DNA of 64,000 nucleotides from an uncultured Anaerolineae bacterium. Its GTDB lineage: Bacteria > Chloroflexota > Anaerolineae > VGOG01. The position numbers and the translations under genes were made by a program. The notes under the pieces are model-generated. The model made no database searches. It had not been told where the DNA came from and saw only the letters and a list, made by a program, of their open reading frames with translations. This document shows, in pieces, positions 56,713 to 64,000 of this stretch. How positions within the stretch are numbered: position 1 is the first letter of the stretch; each line of letters opens with the position of its first letter. Where the stretch lies: positions 35,043 through 99,042 of the forward strand of contig CAYMKL010000003.1 in NCBI GenBank assembly GCA_964390805.1. Direction: 5' to 3'.

Positions 56713-58220
56713 TGCTGGTTCTCCATGGCTGCCTGTTTTTGTCCCATCGCCGCGGTCATGACGTTTTCCTGAGAGGCGTTTTCTCGATCAAAGATGCCCA
56801 TTTGCCTACCTTCGCGCATGACGATGATACGGTCACTCATCGCCAGCACCTCGGGCAGGTCAGACGAGATGAGGATGATGCCCAAGCCCCGCAGGGCCAG
56901 GTCGTTGATCATGTGATGCACCTCGGCTTTTGCGCCCACGTCAATGCCCCGCGTGGGTTCGTCTAGGATAAGGAGCTTGGGCTGAGCGTTGAGCCATTTG
57001 CTCAGCATGACTTTCTGTTGGTTGCCACCAGAGAGCTTGTCCACTCCAACCTTCACCGATGGTGTACGGATCGAGAGCCTCTCGCGGTATTTCTCGGCTG
57101 TGGCGGTTTCGTCCTTTTGCTTGACCAGGCCCAGGTTACTCAGGTATGTGCGCAGCATCGGCAGCGAGATGTTGGCTACGATTGACATTGGCATGGCCAG
57201 TCCAAGCTGGCGGCGGTCTTCGGTCACGTAGGCGATGCCCAAGCGCAGCGCTTGCTCGGGGGAACGGATCTTTTGCCCTTCCCCTTCGAGAGCGATTTCG
57301 CCGGAATCGGCTGGCTCGATCCCAAACAGCGCCAGAGCAACGTCAGTCCGACGGGAGCCGATCAGCCCGGCGAAACCCAACACCTCGCCGCGATACACGT
57401 CAAAGTTGATGTCGGAGAAGGCGGCCTCTTTGCTCAGGTCACGCACCGACATGAGCAGTTCGCCGCGCTCGGCCTCGCTCTTGGCAAAGAAATCCTCGAT
57501 CTCGCGCCCCACCATGTCCCGGATGATCTGTTCAGATGTGACTTCGGCCCGCGGCGTGGACGAGATCCACTTGCCATCGCGCAATACCGTCACCCGATCC
57601 GATATCTCGAGCACCTCTTCCAGCCGGTGCCCGATGAACAGAATGGCAACACCCTGGTCGCGTAGCGCGCGCACGATCCTGAACAACTGCGTCACCTCAT
57701 GCGCCGAGAGTGACGCGGTCGGCTCATCCATGATCAGCACCCGCGCATCCAGTGAGATGGCCTTGGCAATCTCGACGGCCTGCTGAGCGGCCAGCGTCAG
57801 GCCGCGTGCTGGCATGCGCACATCGAGTTGCACATCCAGCCTGGCCAGGATCGCTTCGGCGTCCCGGCACATCTTGCCCCTGCGCACAATGGGGCCGCGT
57901 CCACGGTGGCTGATAAAGATGTTCTCGGCGACGTTAAGATCGGGGTAGACCATCGGCTCCTGATAAATAGCGGCAATGCCGTAAGCCTGTGCCTGCTGGG
58001 AATTATGAATCTGCACGGGCTTCCCATCCAGCAGGATTTCACCCTGATCAGGTCTGTAGATGCCTGTCACGATCTTGATGAGGGTGGACTTCCCTGCCCC
58101 ATTCTCGCCCACCAGACCATGGATCTCACCTGGGTAGAGAAAAAAAGACACATCGTCCAGAGCTTGGGTCATGTCAAAGCGCTTGGAAATGTGCCTCGTT
58201 TCTATAATGGGTGCTTTCAT
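56709..58220 (-). CDS. Sugar ABC ATP-binding protein (CUT2, two-domain)
   Basis: [37 protein letters not shown]. Confidence 0.95.
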   Translation of the reverse strand: MKAPIIETRHISKRFDMTQALDDVSFFLYPGEIHGLVGENGAGKSTLIKIVTGIYRPDQGEILLDGKPVQIHNSQQAQAYGIAAIYQEPMVYPDLNVAENIFISHRGRGPIVRRGKMCRDAEAILARLDVQLDVRMPARGLTLAAQQAVEIAKAISLDARVLIMDEPTASLSAHEVTQLFRIVRALRDQGVAILFIGHRLEEVLEISDRVTVLRDGKWISSTPRAEVTSEQIIRDMVGREIEDFFAKSEAERGELLMSVRDLSKEAAFSDINFDVYRGEVLGFAGLIGSRRTDVALALFGIEPADSGEIALEGEGQKIRSPEQALRLGIAYVTEDRRQLGLAMPMSIVANISLPMLRTYLSNLGLVKQKDETATAEKYRERLSIRTPSVKVGVDKLSGGNQQKVMLSKWLNAQPKLLILDEPTRGIDVGAKAEVHHMINDLALRGLGIILISSDLPEVLAMSDRIIVMREGRQMGIFDRENASQENVMTAAMGQKQAAMENQQ

Positions 58221-58284
58221 TTAGATTTCCCCTCTGTTTGGACTACATGCCCACCGTGCTTTTTACGGCAGCAGTGAGTCCGGC

Positions 58285-59058
58285 TCAAGCGATGATCACG
58301 TCCACGCCAGCTTCTCGGAGTGCGGCCACCATATCGGGCGGCGCACCTTCGTCAGTGATAACGCAATCCACCTGGTCAATTGAGGCAAAGGAAGCAAAGC
58401 CAACTCGCCCCCATTTGCTGCTGTCCACAACGGCAATGACTTGCTTGGCTTCCGAGACCAAATCCCGCTTGATGGCTACCTCGGCGCTATTGACGTCCGT
58501 CAGTCCTTCTTCAAGAGTTAGTCCCTTAGCGCCAAAAAAGCCTTTCTGAAGGTTGAACTGCTTGATGAATTCGTGGCCTTCGGCGCCGACCAGGGAAACC
58601 GAGTCACGGCGTAGAAAGCCACCAGGCATGAGGACAGTAATACCCGGCGCGTCGAGCAGGGCCAGCGCGATGAAGATGCCATTGGTGATGACAGTGAGTT
58701 CGCGGCGTCCTTTGACTTGATTAGCCAATGCCAGAGCCGTCGTGCTGGCATCAAGGGCAATGGCTTCACCATCTTCAACCATAGAGGCGGCAGCGGCGCC
58801 GATGAGGTGTTTCTGTGAGGAGTGCAGGCGGCGGCGGGCATCGAAGGATAGTTCGAGGTTGCTTCGGTCAAGAGCGATGGCCCCCCCGTGGGTACGGGTC
58901 AGCAAGCCTTGCGTAGCTAGAGCATCCAGGTCAGTGCGGATGGTGGCCTGCGACACGCCAAACCGTTCGCTGAGATCGGTGACGGATACACGCCCTACTT
59001 GATCCAGCAGGGCGATGATCTGTTCTCGTCGCTCTTGCAGAAACAACCCTGGGCTCAT
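58285..59058 (-). CDS. DeoR/GlpR family regulator
   Basis: ERR..I, VS.ATIR.DL, RTHGGA, DASTT, DSSKWG. Confidence 0.92.
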   Translation of the reverse strand: MSPGLFLQERREQIIALLDQVGRVSVTDLSERFGVSQATIRTDLDALATQGLLTRTHGGAIALDRSNLELSFDARRRLHSSQKHLIGAAAASMVEDGEAIALDASTTALALANQVKGRRELTVITNGIFIALALLDAPGITVLMPGGFLRRDSVSLVGAEGHEFIKQFNLQKGFFGAKGLTLEEGLTDVNSAEVAIKRDLVSEAKQVIAVVDSSKWGRVGFASFASIDQVDCVITDEGAPPDMVAALREAGVDVIIA

Positions 59059-59146
59059 CCATCATCACCATGACCGTGAGCTATGTTCGACTCAGCAGAT
59101 CGCAGAAAGCAAGGACTTATCCACGAGCAGCGCGCCGAACAATTAT

Positions 59147-59175
59147 ATCTTACCACACTTTTCAAAAAAAGTCAA
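59147..59175 (-). promoter_or_regulatory. sigma70 promoter for the deoR-transporter operon
   Basis: TTGACT(59175-59170)-17-TAAGAT(59152-59147) with an extended TG. Confidence 0.7.
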
Positions 59176-59242
59176 TAGGCAAACGATACCAAACGCACAT
59201 AAACACAAACTTCCACAGATAATTGATAGGACTGACGGGTTT

Positions 59243-60730
59243 CTAGCCAATCTGCTCCATCAAGGCCAGCAGACGGGTGTAAGCCTCGTCCCATCCACTC
59301 TGGTCGGAGGGCTCGTAGCTGACCAAGTCGAAGGAGTTGCGTACAACCTGGCGTCCCTCCTCCAGCGATCCGATGTGCCCCAGCGCCATTGCCTGCACAA
59401 TGATATTGCCGGTGGCTGTGGCCTCGATAGGCCCGCTAATCACCGGGCGGCCGAGCGCATCAGCGGTGAACTGGGACAGCAGCCGGTTCTGCGTTCCGCC
59501 CCCCACGATGTGGATGGGATCCAGGCGGAGACCCAGCATCTCCTCAACCCGCTCCAGCACCCAGCGATATTTGAGCGCAATGCCCTCCAGTGCACAGCGA
59601 ACGATGGCCCCTTTGCTTTGTGGCAGCGGTTGGTTCGTCCTATGGCAAAAGGCACGGATGCGGGCAGGCATATCGCCAGGCTTGAGAAACTCGCTATAGT
59701 CGGGGTCAATGACAGATCGTAGAGGAGCGGCCTGAGACGCCATCTGCGTCAGTTCATCATACGTGAATTCTTCGCCCTGGTGCGTCCACGTGCGGCGACA
59801 TTCTTGCACCAGCCACAATCCCATGATGTTCCTGGAAAAGCGGAAGGTGCCGCACACGCCCCCCTCGTTGGTGAAGTTGAAAGCCAGGCTTTGTTCGTTG
59901 ATGACCGGTTCCGGCAACTCGGCGCCCATGATTGACCACGTGCCGGAACTGATCCAGGCGAAGCCTGGGCCTTCGGCGGGGACCGCAGCTACTGCCGACC
60001 CGGTGTCGTGGCAAGCAGGGGCGATGACCGGCAGGCCGCTCACTCCAACTTCCTCAGCCACCGCTGGCAACAATTGGCCCAGGACAGTCCCCGGCGGCAC
60101 GATCTCGGGAAAGATGTGGGTGGGGATGCCCAACCGTTCGAGCAGCGGGATGGCCCAATCGCCCTGGCGCGGGTTGTAACACTGGGTAGTGGTAGCATTG
60201 CTGAACTCGCACACCTTGCGCCCGGTGAGCCAGTAGTTGAACAGGTCGGGCATGGTCAAGAAGGTCTCGGCGATTTCGAGGGCTGGCGAGCGGCCGACGA
60301 TCATGGCCAGCAACTGATAGAGGCTATTAATCTGCATGAACTGAATGCCGGTCTGCTCGAATATCTCCCCGCGGGGCACGCGGCGGAAGGCCGCATCGAG
60401 CATGCCATCGGTCCGGCTGTCGCGGTAGTGGTAGGGATTCGAGATCAGCGCGCCGTCCCGGTCAAGCAGGCCGAAATCCACCCCCCACGTGTCAAGACCG
60501 ATGCCCGCCAGGTCTCCACCATGCTCGCGGGCGGCCACGGCCATCGCCTGTTTTATCTCTGTCCACAGACGCAATACATCCCAGTGCATACCGTCTGGCA
60601 AGTATACGGGGACATTGGGAAACCGGCTCACCTCTGAGAGCCGAATCCGTTCACCGTCGAATCGGCCGAGTATGGCGCGACCGCTCTCCGCGCCCAGGTC
60701 AAAGGTCAGAAAATTGAGTGAGTGAACCAT
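59243..60730 (-). CDS. rhaB: Rhamnulokinase (FGGY family)
   Basis: DLGAESGR, DTWGVDF, YRD.RT, TGIQFMQIN, HDTGSA, SSGTWS, TNEGG, NIMGLW..QE. Confidence 0.92.
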   Translation of the reverse strand: MVHSLNFLTFDLGAESGRAILGRFDGERIRLSEVSRFPNVPVYLPDGMHWDVLRLWTEIKQAMAVAAREHGGDLAGIGLDTWGVDFGLLDRDGALISNPYHYRDSRTDGMLDAAFRRVPRGEIFEQTGIQFMQINSLYQLLAMIVGRSPALEIAETFLTMPDLFNYWLTGRKVCEFSNATTTQCYNPRQGDWAIPLLERLGIPTHIFPEIVPPGTVLGQLLPAVAEEVGVSGLPVIAPACHDTGSAVAAVPAEGPGFAWISSGTWSIMGAELPEPVINEQSLAFNFTNEGGVCGTFRFSRNIMGLWLVQECRRTWTHQGEEFTYDELTQMASQAAPLRSVIDPDYSEFLKPGDMPARIRAFCHRTNQPLPQSKGAIVRCALEGIALKYRWVLERVEEMLGLRLDPIHIVGGGTQNRLLSQFTADALGRPVISGPIEATATGNIIVQAMALGHIGSLEEGRQVVRNSFDLVSYEPSDQSGWDEAYTRLLALMEQIG

Positions 60731-60781
60731 TATCATCTCCCCTTTCGGTCGGGTGGTCAGGTGGTCAAGTTGTCCTTCCCC

Positions 60782-61795
60782 CTAGAGAAGAGACTTGACT
60801 GCTTGGACAACCCGCTCCACACTAGGCACGTAGAACTGCTCCATGACCGGGGCGAAGGGAACCGGCGTGTCGGGCGCCGATACCCGCTTGATGGGCGCGT
60901 CCAACCAGAAGAGGGCCTCCTCGGCAACGATGGCAGCGACTTCGGCGGCCCAGCCGCCGGTGAGATTGTCCTCCTCCACGATGACCAGTCGGCCGGTTTT
61001 GCGTACTGATTCCAGGATCAATTCTTTGTCCAACGGCACCAGCGTACGCGGATCAATCACCTCGGCCTCGATCCCCTCCTCCGCCAATTGCTCGGCAGCG
61101 GCCAGAGCGCGATACATCGTCAGCAGCTTGCCGACGATGGTAACGTCCATCCCCTCGCGGCGAATAACCCCCTCCCCAATGGGAACCAGATATTCCTCGT
61201 CCGGCACTTCACCGACGGGACTGAGCGCGCCCCGCTCGGAGCGGGGGCCCTTACTACCGTAGAGAAGTTTGTGCTCGAAGACAACAACCGGGTTATCATC
61301 TCGGACGGCGCTTTTGAGCAGTCCCTTGGCGTCGTAGGCCGTGGAGGGAGCTACAACCTTGAGGCCAGGAATGTGGATGATGAAGGCTTCCAGGCTCTGG
61401 GCGTGTTGCGCGCCCCGGCTGGTCGCACCGACTGGCACCCGCATCACCATGGGTACTTTGACCATGCCCCCCGACATGTATCTCATCTTGGCGGCCTGGT
61501 TGGCCAGTTGATCCATCGCGCAAAACAAGAAGTCGCCGTACTGCACGTCGGCGATCGGACGCAGGCCAGCCATAGCCGCCCCAATGGCCACGCCGGTGAG
61601 ACCCGCCTCGGAGATAGGCGTGTCCAGGATACGCTGGTGGCCGAACTCCTTAGATAGCCCCAGCGTGACGGTGAACGCGCCGCCGAATCCACCTTCGATT
61701 CCGATGTCCTCACCGATGCAGAAAACGCGGGGGTCGCGCGCCATCTCCTCGCGGATGGCCTGGCGTAAGGCTTCAGCAATACCCATCTTTGCCAT
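60782..61795 (-). CDS. TPP-dependent dehydrogenase E1 beta subunit
   Basis: GEDIG, DTPISE, GLRPIA, AQHAQS, DAKGLLKSA, EVIDPRTL.PLD. Confidence 0.92.
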   Translation of the reverse strand: MAKMGIAEALRQAIREEMARDPRVFCIGEDIGIEGGFGGAFTVTLGLSKEFGHQRILDTPISEAGLTGVAIGAAMAGLRPIADVQYGDFLFCAMDQLANQAAKMRYMSGGMVKVPMVMRVPVGATSRGAQHAQSLEAFIIHIPGLKVVAPSTAYDAKGLLKSAVRDDNPVVVFEHKLLYGSKGPRSERGALSPVGEVPDEEYLVPIGEGVIRREGMDVTIVGKLLTMYRALAAAEQLAEEGIEAEVIDPRTLVPLDKELILESVRKTGRLVIVEEDNLTGGWAAEVAAIVAEEALFWLDAPIKRVSAPDTPVPFAPVMEQFYVPSVERVVQAVKSLL

Positions 61796-61796
61796 G

Positions 61797-62819
61797 TCAG
61801 GTCTCCACCTGGCCAACGGCCAGGACATCCTCAGGTGAGTGGAAAACGTGTTTCAGCGTGTCGGTGGGCTCCGGTGAGGGGCTTTCTTCGGCAAAGGCGA
61901 CAGCCTCGTCAACCAGCGCTATCACCTCCTGTTCCATGGCCGCCAGCGTTTCATCGGTGGCCAGGCCCACTTCTTTGAGACGTTCGGCCAGGCGCGGAAT
62001 GGGGTCTTTCACCTTCCACATCGCCTCTTCCTCTTTGGAGCGATAGGTGCGCGGGTCGCTGCGCGAGTGTCCGCACAGGCGATACGTTTTACATTCGATA
62101 AGCGTTGGGCCTTCGCCCCGGCGAGCGCGAGCAATCGCCTCCCCCGCAACGTGATAGACCATCTCCACATCGTTGCCGTCCACCACCACGCCGGGCATGC
62201 CGTAGGCGGCGGCGCGGTCGGCAATGTCCTCAATCTTGAAGGCCACGGAGACCGGTGTCGAGGCGGCATACAGGTTGTTTTCACAGACGTAGATCACGGG
62301 CAGGTCCCATAAGGCCGCCATGTTCATCCCTTCGTGGAATGCGCCCTCGTTGGCCGCGCCTTCGCCGAAAAAGCAGACGGCCACCCGACTTGTCCTGAGC
62401 CCAGTCGAAGGGTCGGTGCCCAGTCGCTTGGCAGCCAGACCTACCCCAGCCGCGATAGGGATGTTGGCCCCGACAATGGCGATGGCCGGGAACATGCCGA
62501 CCTGGATGTCACCGATGTGCATTGAGCCGCCTTTGGCCTTGCAGCAGCCGGTGCTTTTGGCGAACAACTCGGCCATAATCGCTCGCGGCGCGACTCCCTT
62601 GGCGATGGCGTGACCGTGCGGCCGGTGGGTGCTGAGCAAGTAGTCGTCGGGGCGCAGGCGAGCGCAGACACCGGTGGCAACCGCCTCCTGACCGATGTAA
62701 AGGTGAAGCGTAGAGGGAATGCGTCCGTGCATGTAGAGGTGATTGCACCGCTCTTCGAAACGACGGATAGTGAGCATGGTGCGATACATGTCTAGCAATG
62801 GAATCCCGGGCTTGGGCAT
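61797..62819 (-). CDS. TPP-dependent dehydrogenase E1 alpha subunit
   Basis: GQEA, STHRPHGH, KGGSMH, FFGEGA..CENNLY, YR..GH. Confidence 0.92.
   Translation of the reverse strand: MPKPGIPLLDMYRTMLTIRRFEERCNHLYMHGRIPSTLHLYIGQEAVATGVCARLRPDDYLLSTHRPHGHAIAKGVAPRAIMAELFAKSTGCCKAKGGSMHIGDIQVGMFPAIAIVGANIPIAAGVGLAAKRLGTDPSTGLRTSRVAVCFFGEGAANEGAFHEGMNMAALWDLPVIYVCENNLYAASTPVSVAFKIEDIADRAAAYGMPGVVVDGNDVEMVYHVAGEAIARARRGEGPTLIECKTYRLCGHSRSDPRTYRSKEEEAMWKVKDPIPRLAERLKEVGLATDETLAAMEQEVIALVDEAVAFAEESPSPEPTDTLKHVFHSPEDVLAVGQVET
62389..62412 (-). repeat. 24-bp mini-element in frame in E1 alpha
   Basis: CCCTTCGACTGGGCTCAGGACAAG, translated PSTGLRTS; removing it gives GTDRV, matching DTDRV in the paralog. 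Confidence 0.9.
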
Positions 62820-62837
62820 CAATCCATCTCCCCGTGG

Positions 62838-64000
62838 TTAGAGGTTTTTTGGCGCGAATTTGGGATGGAAGTCCGGGCCGGCGTAGCCCCACGGCGTCTT
62901 GGGGCGCTGGCGGATGCCCCACGTTTCGGCCGCTGCGCGGAACTCGGGGTACTTCTCCGCCGCCTCTTGCAGGGTCATCCCTGCCAGCACGGCGTCGAAC
63001 GCCTGTCGCCAGGCCATCGCGCCGGCTTTGTAGCCCATCGGATGGCCAAGCATACCACCCCCGGCCGGCACGATGAAGTCAATGCCATGCTCTTGTATCA
63101 GCACCTCGGCCAGGCCGGGATACATACCAGCCGATGGCATGGGCCAGGTGCGCTTGATATTGTGGAAGGGCGCTCGCAGCGTTTGCGATGTGCGCAGTTC
63201 TTCTTCCACTGAACAGGTCTGGAGGCTGGACCACAAAGAGGGGGACAGCATCAAATCGGCCCCGCTCAGGCGGCACAGCTTAGATAGAACGACCCAACTG
63301 AATGTCTCAATCATTCCCAACATGTGCGATGGATGCAGCATAATGGGCACGTTGATCTCGGCATCATCAGCCAGATCTTTCAAGGTTGACAGACCGGCGG
63401 AATAGGCCAGCAACAGTCCGGTTGCTCCGGCCTTAACCGCCCGACGCGCCTTTTCGTGAACCCGGCTGGACTCGTCCGTGATGCTGACCAGATAGATTGT
63501 TTTCTCGCCGGTCTCTTGTTCTGCTCTGTCCAGCGCCTTCAACACCGCCTCCAGACGAGCATCGAAGGAGCAGTTATCCAGTTCACTACACATTTCGTCG
63601 TCCTTACACAAGTCTGCGCCGCCCAGTGCGCTCTGGTAAACCTGCGCCGCCGTCTCTTCTGGCGTCATGCCCATCTTGGGCTTGATAATTTGCAGGCAAA
63701 GTGGACGATCATAGACACCCAAGATGTCGCGCATCCCTTCAATACCAAACTTGGGGCCGTTGAACTTAGCCGCCACCGATTTGGGGATATACAGATCCAT
63801 CATCCGCACCTTGTCGCAGAAGGCAAAGATGTTGCCGGAGATGGAGAGGAGCAACATCGGCATATTGACGTTCACGTCCCAGGCAGCGATAGGGAAGGCC
63901 AGTTGCACAATAGCCTTTCTCGTCCCCCTGGGGGCCGGGATCTCGTAATACCCCAACACCTTGCTAGACAAACGCGCGCGCACCTCCGGCGTTTCCTCTT
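62838..64000 (-). CDS. RuBisCO-like protein (form IV), N-terminus beyond the window
   Basis: GPKFGIEG.R, IIKPKMG, GGADLCKDDE, MLHPS, PMPSAG, GGGMLGHPMG; loop-6 Lys absent. Confidence 0.9.
   Translation of the reverse strand, partial: EETPEVRARLSSKVLGYYEIPAPRGTRKAIVQLAFPIAAWDVNVNMPMLLLSISGNIFAFCDKVRMMDLYIPKSVAAKFNGPKFGIEGMRDILGVYDRPLCLQIIKPKMGMTPEETAAQVYQSALGGADLCKDDEMCSELDNCSFDARLEAVLKALDRAEQETGEKTIYLVSITDESSRVHEKARRAVKAGATGLLLAYSAGLSTLKDLADDAEINVPIMLHPSHMLGMIETFSWVVLSKLCRLSGADLMLSPSLWSSLQTCSVEEELRTSQTLRAPFHNIKRTWPMPSAGMYPGLAEVLIQEHGIDFIVPAGGGMLGHPMGYKAGAMAWRQAFDAVLAGMTLQEAAEKYPEFRAAAETWGIRQRPKTPWGYAGPDFHPKFAPKNL

Noticed and set aside
62838-64000. Bona fide CO2-fixing RuBisCO
   Set aside because: The loop-6 lysine and HxGT motif are absent, and no prk or rbcS gene is in view; the sequence fits form IV.

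Overview
GC-rich bacterial window with a Chloroflexota/Anaerolineae-like style (PT/VEK linkers, LPLVLK motif, many short palindromes); the taxonomy is inferred. Four blocks: (1) 1-7.2 kb, minus strand: secreted repeat proteins, mutY, a Tat amidohydrolase and an MBL hydrolase. (2) 7.6-29.1 kb, plus strand: amino-acid-derivative catabolic region with two family-5 ABC importers, a non-Pyl MttB, a C45 hydrolase, GntR, an ornithine-racemase-like enzyme, GGT and an opine dehydrogenase. It ends in a 1255-aa fusion of a B12-binding domain, an uncharacterised catalytic domain and a GlmL/MutL-type reactivase. (3) 29.5-64 kb, minus strand: sugar megacluster with rhaA/rhaB/rhaM, a rhamnose ABC importer whose binding protein has four near-identical domains, an LRA1-like dehydrogenase, a split transketolase, three TPP-dependent E1 sets sharing one E2/E3, a URO-D family protein and a RuBisCO-like protein. 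(4) Overlaid on these, a 24-bp mini-element (CCCTTCGACNNNGCTCAGGACAAG) sits in frame inside several genes and nests inside itself, and the three binding-protein genes carry a 5' orphan Shine-Dalgarno leader and a 3' hairpin. No rRNA, tRNA, CRISPR array or transposase was seen. All calls come from motif recognition by eye; no searches were run.
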